DNA of 64,000 nt. It comes from Ignavibacteriaceae bacterium. Lineage in GTDB: Bacteria; Bacteroidota; Ignavibacteria; Ignavibacteriales; Ignavibacteriaceae. The notes below the pieces were generated by a model. The model worked only from the letters and a program-made list of their open reading frames with translations. It had not been told where the DNA came from and did no database searches. Positions within the stretch are counted from its first letter, which is position 1. Every line of letters starts with the position of its first letter. The stretch spans positions 3,976 through 67,975 of the forward strand of contig DAOLIQ010000003.1 in assembly GCA_035328465.1 (NCBI GenBank). Reading direction: 5' to 3'. This document shows, piece after piece, positions 1 through 7,894 of the stretch. Position numbers and translations under genes: made by a program.

Positions 1-1230
1 ACATCAGTAAATGAAGAAGAGCGTATCGCGTTTGTACTTCATTATCTTGAAAAATACTCTCTTCAAGAGAGCTCTGATTTATTAGGGGTTACCCATGATA
101 AATTTCAACAATTATTGAACTCCGCAGTATTAAAGATTCTTCAGGCAACTAATTTTGAAAAAGGTGATGAAGCTTTTCTGGACCTAATAAGTAAAATAAA
201 TTACAAGCTTCACCCGGCAACGGAAATTTGGAAGCAAGTCTCGGATGAAATGGTCCATTATAAGTCTGTTAGGCAAAATACCCTGGTGGAGAAAATAGAA
301 GCAGAGCGTTTAGTCCGTGCAGAAGAGTATGAAAAAGATAAACAATCGCTTCGTGAAGAACTTGAGAAAGAGGAAAAGAGATTATTAGAACGAAAGAAAA
401 AGCAATCGGAAAGAATTCGGAGACCACAAAAATTCCGCCCTTTTTTAATTGCAGCAGTTTTATTTTTTTTAGTTCCGATTGCATATTATTTTTTATCCAT
501 GCAAGTCAAATGGTCAATTTCAATTGTCAGTGGCACTCCGAAATTAAATTCTACTTCGTTACAGGGGACTGAATCTTTTGGCAAAGGTGATTTGCTGGTA
601 AATAACTCGGTGAGTGAGGCGAGTTTATTTATTTCCGACATTGGCTCAATTTTTATTAAACCAAATACAAAAATTAAAAGAATTGAAAACGATGAGTTGT
701 TCTTATTACAAGGCACAATTTCAGTTATGCGCACCGAAGCAGAAAGATTTTTCAGTGTTAAAACTTCTTCGGTACTAATAAAAGATTTTTATCTTAACGG
801 TGATTATAAATTAGATTCAGACGAAATTGGCGGTGGTTCAATTGAATGTGACTATAGTTGGGTTATCCTGGTAAAAGACAATTTTGAAATGATTGTGCCT
901 TCAAAATATAAATGTGAATGGCAAAAGGAAAAAATAGGATTACCTTATTCTGTTTCAGCATCAGACGAATTTAAGAAGGCAATCGCGGGTTTCGATGCCG
1001 ATAAAAATGATGAAAAAATGTTTGATAAAATCATAAGTTTAAGCCAAAAAAGTGATGCCCCAACCTTATGGAATTTATTGAAAATTGTTAGACCCGATTC
1101 AAGAATAATTGTAGTTAACAAATTGAATGAGCTTGTTCCTTTTCCCCCAGGTGTTAATCAAAATGGATTGATTGATTTAGAACCTAAAATGATGCAGCTT
1201 TATTTAAACGAAATAGAATTTCGTTATTAA
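1..1230 (+). CDS. 5'-truncated ECF-type sigma factor (region 4) fused in frame to a coiled coil, one TM helix and a FecR-like extracytoplasmic domain (sigma/anti-sigma-like fusion)
   Basis: Frame 1 is open from nt 1. Nt 1-114 translate to TSVNEEERIAFVLHYLEKYSLQESSDLLGVTHDKFQQLL, a typical sigma-70 region 4.2 HTH, with no stop before the ORF-track TTG at 115. This is followed by a K/E-rich coiled coil, the TM helix FLIAAVLFFLVPIAYYFLSM and a ~230 aa C-terminal domain. Confidence 0.7.
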   Translation, partial: TSVNEEERIAFVLHYLEKYSLQESSDLLGVTHDKFQQLLNSAVLKILQATNFEKGDEAFLDLISKINYKLHPATEIWKQVSDEMVHYKSVRQNTLVEKIEAERLVRAEEYEKDKQSLREELEKEEKRLLERKKKQSERIRRPQKFRPFLIAAVLFFLVPIAYYFLSMQVKWSISIVSGTPKLNSTSLQGTESFGKGDLLVNNSVSEASLFISDIGSIFIKPNTKIKRIENDELFLLQGTISVMRTEAERFFSVKTSSVLIKDFYLNGDYKLDSDEIGGGSIECDYSWVILVKDNFEMIVPSKYKCEWQKEKIGLPYSVSASDEFKKAIAGFDADKNDEKMFDKIISLSQKSDAPTLWNLLKIVRPDSRIIVVNKLNELVPFPPGVNQNGLIDLEPKMMQLYLNEIEFRY

Positions 1231-1234
1231 TAAC

Positions 1235-2650
1235 TTATCTCTTCGGTTTATAAAAATGCGAACTCTGCCCAAAGAAAACTTCTGCTGCATCCATAATTGT
1301 TTCGGATAAAGTTGGATGAGGATGAATTGTTAATTTCAAATCTGTAACATTGGCTCCCATTTCGATTGCAAGTACTCCTTCTGCAATTAACTCACCGGCA
1401 CCGGGACCGCAGATTCCAACTCCAAGTATTCTTTGCGTATCTGGATTAATAATTAATTTTGTTACCCCATCATTTCTATCAAGCGTAACAGCTCTGCCGC
1501 TTGCTGCCCAGGGGAATTTTGCAACTTCGTGTTTTATTCCTTCTTTCTTTGCCTGCTCTTCTGTAATTCCTGCCCATGCAATTTCAGGATCAGTAAATAC
1601 AACAGCGGGAATTGCGAGTGGCTCAAATGTAACTTTGTGTCCTGCAATTACTTCAACAGCAACTCTGCCCTCGTGCGAAGCTTTGTGTGCAAGCATTGGT
1701 TCGCCGGCAATATCACCAATAGCAAAAATATTTGGATCAGTTGTGCGTAGTTGTTTGTCAACTTTTATCCAGCCTCTATCAGTAAGAGTAACTTTTGTAT
1801 TCTCTAATCCAAGTCCACGTGTTTCTGGTTTTCTTCCGATGGACATCAAGACATAATCATAAACTTTATCAGCAACATTTCCTTTATCATCTTGTATCTT
1901 AACAGAGATTCCATTGATTGCTTCTCGCATTTCCAGAACTTTGCTGTTAAGCATTACTTCAGCAAAAGATTTTTTTATGCGAATTGAAAGATAATTTACA
2001 AGATCACGATCAGCGCCAGGTAACAATCCTGGCATCATTTCAACAACAGATACTTTTGTTCCGAGTGCCTGATAAACTGAACCAAGCTCTAATCCTATGT
2101 ATCCGCCGCCAACAACTAGAAGTGATTTTGGAATTTCAGGTAAATCAAGAGCTGATGTTGAGTTGAGTAATCTTTTAGATTTAATATTTAGTGATGGAAT
2201 TGTGGTTATTACAGAACCAGTTGCAATGATAGCTTTTTCAAAGGTGTGTTCAATTGTTTCTCCATCAACTTTTTCAATCTTTAAAGTTGATGAGTTAACG
2301 AAACTCGCTCTGCCTTGAATGAAATTTATTTTTCTCTGCTTAGATATTTGTCCGAGTCCACTAGTAAGTTTTGTTACCACATTGTTTTTAAAATCACGTA
2401 GTTTGTTTATGTCAATCTTTGGAGCTCCGAATTCAATTCCCCAATTCTTTGCTTCTTCAGCTTCGTGGATCAACTTTGCAACATGAAGCAATGCTTTTGA
2501 TGGAATACATCCACGGTAAAGACAAACACCACCGGGATTTTTATCCAGATCAACAAGTGTTACATCCATACCAAGATCAGCGGCAAGAAATGCAGCTGCA
2601 TATCCGCCAGGTCCGCCGCCGATAACAGTTAATTTAATTTTTTCATTCAT
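1235..2650 (-). CDS. lpdA: Dihydrolipoyl dehydrogenase (E3 of the pyruvate dehydrogenase complex)
   Basis: N-terminal FAD motif VIGGGPGGYAAA, redox-active disulfide GGVCLYRGCIPSK, full 471 aa length, last gene of the E1-E2-E3 operon. Confidence 0.95.
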   Translation of the reverse strand: MNEKIKLTVIGGGPGGYAAAFLAADLGMDVTLVDLDKNPGGVCLYRGCIPSKALLHVAKLIHEAEEAKNWGIEFGAPKIDINKLRDFKNNVVTKLTSGLGQISKQRKINFIQGRASFVNSSTLKIEKVDGETIEHTFEKAIIATGSVITTIPSLNIKSKRLLNSTSALDLPEIPKSLLVVGGGYIGLELGSVYQALGTKVSVVEMMPGLLPGADRDLVNYLSIRIKKSFAEVMLNSKVLEMREAINGISVKIQDDKGNVADKVYDYVLMSIGRKPETRGLGLENTKVTLTDRGWIKVDKQLRTTDPNIFAIGDIAGEPMLAHKASHEGRVAVEVIAGHKVTFEPLAIPAVVFTDPEIAWAGITEEQAKKEGIKHEVAKFPWAASGRAVTLDRNDGVTKLIINPDTQRILGVGICGPGAGELIAEGVLAIEMGANVTDLKLTIHPHPTLSETIMDAAEVFFGQSSHFYKPKR

Positions 2651-2749
2651 AAATAACCTTAAAACAATGGGACACTGAGCATTATGATTGCTTATGATTT
2701 ATTAAGATCATAAAAAATCTTAATTATCATAAAAATCAGTGTACTATTC

Positions 2750-4420
2750 CTACATTAATAATTTTACTGGTTGTTCAAGTGCTTCAACAACAAATCGTAA
2801 AAATCTAATTGCATCTGCACCATCAATAATTCTGTGATCATACGACAATGATAATGGCAACATAAGTCTTGGTTCAAAAACTCCGTAGCCATTCCAAACC
2901 GGTTCTAATGAACCACGAGAAACTCCAAGTATCGCAACTTCCGGCGAGTTAACAATTGGAGTAAAATATGTTCCGCCGATTCCACCAAGGTTTGAGATTG
3001 TGAAACTTCCACCTTGCAAATCATCCAGTCCGATTTTCTTGTTACGTGCTTTTTCTGCAAGTGCGTTCATATCAACAGAAATTTCTGTCAATGATTTTTT
3101 ATCCGAATTTTTAATGACGGGAACAATCAAACCAAACTCAGTATCAACAGCAACACCAATGTTAAAGTAACTCTTGTAAATAATTTCCTTCTTCTCCATA
3201 TCAATACTGGAATTGAATTGGGGAAATTTCTTTAAGGCTTCAACAATTATCTTAACAAGAATTGCTGTAACTGTTAACTTTACTTCGGAATTTTTATTCA
3301 ACTCTTTTCTCGTTTTCTCAAGCAAAGTAATATCAGCTTTATCAAACTGCGTGACGTGCGGAATCGTTGCCCACGCATAGCCAAGATGATCTGCTGTTTT
3401 TTTGCGGATATTTGTCATCTCAACTTTGTTGATCGCACCAAACTTTGTGAAATCAGGAAGCGATTCTGATTTGATATTTAATCCTGTTCCACCACTCTGT
3501 GAATAAGACTCGTGTAATTTCTTGGAGAATGCTTTAACATCATCCATAGAAATTCTGCCGTTCGGTCCTGTACCGGGAACTTTATTAATATCAACGCCAA
3601 TTTCTCTTGCAATTCTTCTTACAGATGGAGCGGCAGGTGCGGCGCCTTTTAATATCGGCGGCTGATTATCTGTTTCCATTAACTGGATTGATGGTAGCTC
3701 ACCAGTTGGTGTTGTAATTTTTTCTTCTTTAGTTTCAGCTTTTGGCGATTCTAAAATTTCATCTTTTTTTACTTCAATCGGTTTTGATTCTACAGAAGCA
3801 GCCGATCCAGTCTCAACTTTAATTACAACATCCCCAACTTTTGCTTTGCTGCCGGCCTTTACTAAAACTTCAACAACTTTTCCCGCAACGGTAGTTGGAA
3901 CTTCTATTGTTGCTTTGTCTGTTTCTATCTCAAGTATTGCCTGGTCAACTTCGATCACATCACCAACCTTTACCAACACGTTTAGAACATCTGCAGCCTC
4001 TATATTTTCTCCTAGATCGGGTAAATGAAAATCTACGATTTCTTTTTTGCCGGTTGATTTGGTTGATGGCGCTGCTTTGTATTCAACTTCAGGTTCTGAT
4101 TTTACTTCTGTGGGTTTATTTCCTTGTTTTTGTTCTGACTTACTCTCACTTTTAATCTCAGGCTTGCTTTCTGCTGGACTTCCGCCTTCATCTACAACCA
4201 TTACCACAGAACCAACTTTTACTTTATCGCCAGACTTAACTAACAATTTGGTAATCGTTCCTTCGACAGTTGAAGGAACTTCAATTGTAGCTTTGTCAGT
4301 TTCAATTTCAATAATTGCCTGATCTTTTTTAACTGTGTCGCCTTCCTTAACAAGAACATTTGCTACATCAGCAGCTTCTATGTTCTCGCCAAGTTCCGGT
4401 AATTTAAATTCTGTTGCCAT
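2750..4420 (-). CDS. aceF: Dihydrolipoamide acetyltransferase (E2) with two lipoyl domains
   Basis: Two lipoyl domains with the ETDKA lipoyl-lysine motif, an E3-binding domain (PSVRRIAREIGVD) and a catalytic domain with SYDHRIIDGA. The ORF track extends to a TTG at 4459; I prefer the ATG at 4420 (MATEFKLPELG). Confidence 0.93.
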   Translation of the reverse strand: MATEFKLPELGENIEAADVANVLVKEGDTVKKDQAIIEIETDKATIEVPSTVEGTITKLLVKSGDKVKVGSVVMVVDEGGSPAESKPEIKSESKSEQKQGNKPTEVKSEPEVEYKAAPSTKSTGKKEIVDFHLPDLGENIEAADVLNVLVKVGDVIEVDQAILEIETDKATIEVPTTVAGKVVEVLVKAGSKAKVGDVVIKVETGSAASVESKPIEVKKDEILESPKAETKEEKITTPTGELPSIQLMETDNQPPILKGAAPAAPSVRRIAREIGVDINKVPGTGPNGRISMDDVKAFSKKLHESYSQSGGTGLNIKSESLPDFTKFGAINKVEMTNIRKKTADHLGYAWATIPHVTQFDKADITLLEKTRKELNKNSEVKLTVTAILVKIIVEALKKFPQFNSSIDMEKKEIIYKSYFNIGVAVDTEFGLIVPVIKNSDKKSLTEISVDMNALAEKARNKKIGLDDLQGGSFTISNLGGIGGTYFTPIVNSPEVAILGVSRGSLEPVWNGYGVFEPRLMLPLSLSYDHRIIDGADAIRFLRFVVEALEQPVKLLM

Positions 4421-4469
4421 TATAAAATCCTGATTTTCTTTCCGGGTTTCTTTACTCAAAAAGTTATTA

Positions 4470-4507
4470 CACTGAGAACCACTGAGTTTTCACAGAGAAC
4501 CACGGAG
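4470..4507. repeat. 38-nt array of four CACNGAG units, abutting the stop codon of the GxxExxY gene; inverted partner of 4880-4917
   Basis: Plus strand reads CACTGAGAACCACTGAGTTTTCACAGAGAACCACGGAG. Units start at offsets 1, 11, 22 and 32. It matches the reverse complement of 4880-4917 at 28 of 38 positions, ungapped. Confidence 0.85.
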
Positions 4508-4879
4508 TTATAAAATGTATCTTTTTATTCCGTCTTTTAATCTTAAAACATTAAAGTTGATAAGTAATCCGAGTTTCTTGTCTGCAAATTTTAAATAAGT
4601 AAGTATTTGCGCTTCATGTACTGGATTAAATTCATCAACCGTTTTTAATTCAATTACAATTTTATCTTCAACTATTAGATCAGCACGATAACCACAGTCA
4701 AGCTTTATCTCTTTATAAACTACTGGAATTGCTTTTTGTTTTTCAACTTTTAATCGAGCTTTCTGCAATTCATAATACAAACATTCTTCGTAAGCTGATT
4801 CTAATAATTCGGGTCCCAATACTTTATGAACATCAATTGCACAACCAATAATTACTTTAGTAATATCTTCAAATAACAT
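4508..4879 (-). CDS. GxxExxY family protein (PD-(D/E)XK nuclease-like, PDDEXK_3)
   Basis: 123 aa with the family hallmark GPELLESAYEECLYYEL (GxxExxY) and a PD-(D/E)XK-like core (RADLIVEDKIVIELK). Inserted between aceE and aceF. Confidence 0.85.
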   Translation of the reverse strand: MLFEDITKVIIGCAIDVHKVLGPELLESAYEECLYYELQKARLKVEKQKAIPVVYKEIKLDCGYRADLIVEDKIVIELKTVDEFNPVHEAQILTYLKFADKKLGLLINFNVLRLKDGIKRYIL

Positions 4880-4917
4880 CTCGGTGGCTCTCGGTGTCTT
4901 CTCTGTGTTTCTCCGTG
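4880..4917. repeat. 38-nt array of four CTCNGTG units, abutting the start codon of the GxxExxY gene; inverted partner of 4470-4507
   Basis: Plus strand reads CTCGGTGGCTCTCGGTGTCTTCTCTGTGTTTCTCCGTG, with the same four-unit spacing as the partner array. Confidence 0.85.
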
Positions 4918-4933
4918 TAACTGTTGTTTGACT

Positions 4934-7606
4934 TTACGTATTCATCGGGTTGCGTTTGTTTGGATTAATGCCGAGTTCTTTTGCGGCTTTATCCAACGCT
5001 TTATCCTGGATTTTTCCTTCTTTAAACAATGCAGTTAATGTTGCAAACACAATATGCTTTGCATCCACTTCAAAGAAATCACGTAATGCTTCACGAGTTT
5101 CACTTCGTCCAAATCCATCTGTACCCAAAGAGTATAATCTTCTCGGGAACCACTTAGAAACAGAATCCGGTAATGCTTTTACATAATCCGAAGAAGCAAC
5201 AAAAACTCCGTCCTCTTTATTCAACATCTTTTCGATGTAAGAAAGTTTTGGTTTTCCTGTGGGGTTTAACAAATTAAATCGTTCAGCTTCGAGAGCATCG
5301 CGGCGAAGTTCTTTATAACTTGTAACACTCCAAACATCGCAAGCGACGCGATAATCATCTTCAAGAATTTTTGCCGCTTTAATAACTTCATTTAAAATAG
5401 TTCCACTACCAAATAACTGTGCGCGAAGTTTAGCATTTTTTTTGTCTGATGCCAGGAATTTATACATACCTTTCAGTATTCCTTTCTCTACCCCCTTAGG
5501 CATTTCAGGCATCGCGTAGTTTTCGTTCATCAAAGTGATGTAGTAAAAAATCTTCTCCTGATCTTCATACATTCTTTTTATCCCATCACGAATAATTACA
5601 GCGAGCTCATAAGCAAAGGCGGGATCATAAGCAACCAGATTTGGAACCGGATAAGCAAGCAAATGGCTGTGGCCATCCTGATGCTGTAAACCCTCGCCAT
5701 TAAGTGTTGTTCTACCCGCCGTGCCGCCGAGTAAAAATCCTTTTGCGCCAATATCACCGGCAGCCCAAACAAGATCACCAACTCTTTGCATTCCAAACAT
5801 TGAGTAATAAATAAAAAATGGGATCATATTTATTCCGTGTGTATTGTAGGCCGTACCCGCGGCAATAAATGATGACATCGAGCCGGCTTCGTTAATTCCT
5901 TCTTCCAGTATTTGCCCGTTCTTTGCTTCTTTGTAATATAGGAGCGAATCTTTATCAACAGGATCATAAAGCTGACCGGGGTGGGAGTAAATACCAACTT
6001 GTCTAAAGAGTGCTTCCATACCAAATGTGCGGGCTTCGTCGGGAACGATAGGAACAATAAGCTTTCCAAGTTCTTTATCTTTCAAAAGTTTTGCAAGAAT
6101 TCTTACGAACACCATTGTTGATGAGACTTCTCTGCCTTCTGTGCCTTTATAGAATTCTTCAAACAATGACTCAGGCGGGGTTTTTATTGGACGTACATCT
6201 GTTTTGCGCGAAGGTATATATCCGCCTAGTTCTGCTCTGCGTTTTTTAAGATATTGAATTTCGTGACTGTCTTCATCCGGTTTGAAGAAAGGCTCACCAG
6301 AAATGTCATCATCAGAAATTGCGATACCAAAGCGGCTTCTGAATTCTTTCATCTCATCTTCGTTCAATTTTTTCTGTTGATGAGTGATGTTCTTACCTTC
6401 ACCGCTTTCACCGAGTCCGTAACCTTTGATTGTTTTTGCAATGATAACGGTTGGTTTTCCGGTATTTTCAACTGCAGCTTTATAAGCAGCATAAACTTTT
6501 TCAGGATCATGACCACCGCGCCGCATTTTATGTAGCTGCTCATCGCTCATCTTTTCGACCATCTTAAGCAAGTCGGGGTCTTTGCCAAAGAAATTTTTTC
6601 GGATATAGTCCCCGCCTTCAACAGAATATTTTTGATATTCGCCATCAACAACTTCACCCATACGTTTAACAAGTTTGCCATCAACATCTTTTTCTAAGAG
6701 TGAATCCCAATCATCACCCCAAATAACTTTTATAACATTCCATCCTGCACCGCGGAAGGCTGCTTCAAGTTCCTGAATAATTTTTCCATTGCCGCGGACA
6801 GGTCCATCCAATCTTTGCAGGTTTGCATTAATAACAAAAATTAAATTATCAAGTTTCTCACGTGAAGCAAGAGTTATTGCGCCAAGAGCTTCGGGTTCAT
6901 CAGTTTCGCCATCGCCAAGAAATGCCCAAACGTGCCCGCCGGGTTTTTTCAGTCCGCGGTCTTCTAAGTATCTGTTAAATCTTGCCTGATAAATTGCCAT
7001 AATAGGACCGAGCCCCATTGATACTGTCGGGAACTCCCAGAAGTTCGGCATTAAGAAAGGGTGAGGGTAAGAAGTAAGACCGCCGTTAGGATTTAAATCT
7101 CTTCTAAAATTTTCTAACTGTTCTTTGGTAATTCTTCCTTCGAGATAAGCGCGTGCGTAAATGCCGGGAGAAGCGTGTCCCTGAAAATAAACTTGATCGC
7201 CATCGTAACCCTCACCTTTACCGCGGAAGAAATGATTGAAACCAATTTCGTATAAAGTTGCTGCAGAAGCGTAAGTGGAAATGTGTCCGCCGATTCCGCT
7301 TTCAAGTTTGTTTGCTTTTACAACCATTGCCATAGCGTTCCAGCGGATAAGACTTTTAATTCGCCGTTCAATTTCGCGATCGCCGGGGAAGGGGGGCTGT
7401 TTTTCTCTTGGTATTGTGTTTATATAAGGTGTGTTTGCGCTAAAGGGAATATGAACCCCGGACTTATGTGCGCGCACTTGAAGCTGCTGAAGCAGTTCAA
7501 CAACACGTTCAGGACCGCCGTGCTGCAACACATAATCGAGCGAATAGAGCCACTCGCGGGTTTCTATATCTTCAACTTTGTTATCTTTTTTAATATCATC
7601 ACTCAT
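4934..7606 (-). CDS. aceE: Pyruvate dehydrogenase E1 component, homodimeric type
   Basis: 890 aa, the typical AceE length. ThDP-binding region GDGETDEPE...NLQRLDGPVRGN, first gene of the operon. Confidence 0.95.
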   Translation of the reverse strand: MSDDIKKDNKVEDIETREWLYSLDYVLQHGGPERVVELLQQLQVRAHKSGVHIPFSANTPYINTIPREKQPPFPGDREIERRIKSLIRWNAMAMVVKANKLESGIGGHISTYASAATLYEIGFNHFFRGKGEGYDGDQVYFQGHASPGIYARAYLEGRITKEQLENFRRDLNPNGGLTSYPHPFLMPNFWEFPTVSMGLGPIMAIYQARFNRYLEDRGLKKPGGHVWAFLGDGETDEPEALGAITLASREKLDNLIFVINANLQRLDGPVRGNGKIIQELEAAFRGAGWNVIKVIWGDDWDSLLEKDVDGKLVKRMGEVVDGEYQKYSVEGGDYIRKNFFGKDPDLLKMVEKMSDEQLHKMRRGGHDPEKVYAAYKAAVENTGKPTVIIAKTIKGYGLGESGEGKNITHQQKKLNEDEMKEFRSRFGIAISDDDISGEPFFKPDEDSHEIQYLKKRRAELGGYIPSRKTDVRPIKTPPESLFEEFYKGTEGREVSSTMVFVRILAKLLKDKELGKLIVPIVPDEARTFGMEALFRQVGIYSHPGQLYDPVDKDSLLYYKEAKNGQILEEGINEAGSMSSFIAAGTAYNTHGINMIPFFIYYSMFGMQRVGDLVWAAGDIGAKGFLLGGTAGRTTLNGEGLQHQDGHSHLLAYPVPNLVAYDPAFAYELAVIIRDGIKRMYEDQEKIFYYITLMNENYAMPEMPKGVEKGILKGMYKFLASDKKNAKLRAQLFGSGTILNEVIKAAKILEDDYRVACDVWSVTSYKELRRDALEAERFNLLNPTGKPKLSYIEKMLNKEDGVFVASSDYVKALPDSVSKWFPRRLYSLGTDGFGRSETREALRDFFEVDAKHIVFATLTALFKEGKIQDKALDKAAKELGINPNKRNPMNT

Positions 7607-7894
7607 AAAAATTTCCTTTGTGGAAAAAATGCAATTTTCATATCAAGAATGAATTTTAAGCAGATCCTGCATTAAATAATTTCTGCAGAAAGATTTTGTG
7701 CTTAAAATCGGAGTGAAAAAATACACTAAAAGGTAAAGAATAACAAGGCGAGGAATGACATTGTGACTAAACATAAGAGTGATAAACTAAATATAATCCT
7801 ATAATTAAATTACAATCGTTTGAATCTTCTCTATCTTGACATTAGGCTAAAAAATTTGTTGGTTTACATACGTTATTAGAAAAAATAAGGAGCA

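Noticed and set aside
1350-1856. 168-aa plus-strand ORF inside lpdA
   Set aside because: It is antisense to the conserved E3 gene and has Ser/Pro/Ala-rich composition typical of shadow frames. The many other 60-100 aa ORFs overlapping larger conserved genes were rejected for the same reason.
2750-4459. Internal ~230-nt duplication within the E2 gene
   Set aside because: It corresponds to the two tandem lipoyl domains (both carry ETDKA). This is normal E2 architecture, not a mobile repeat or CRISPR-like array.
4421-4459. TTG-initiated 13-codon N-terminal extension of E2 (MSKETRKENQDFI)
   Set aside because: The ATG at 4420 gives the canonical lipoyl-domain N-terminus (MATEFKLPELG), so the extension is probably an ORF-caller artefact. 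Similar upstream non-ATG extensions at 14712 (truB), 44198 (DUF885-like) and 36882 (ligA) were trimmed for the same reason.
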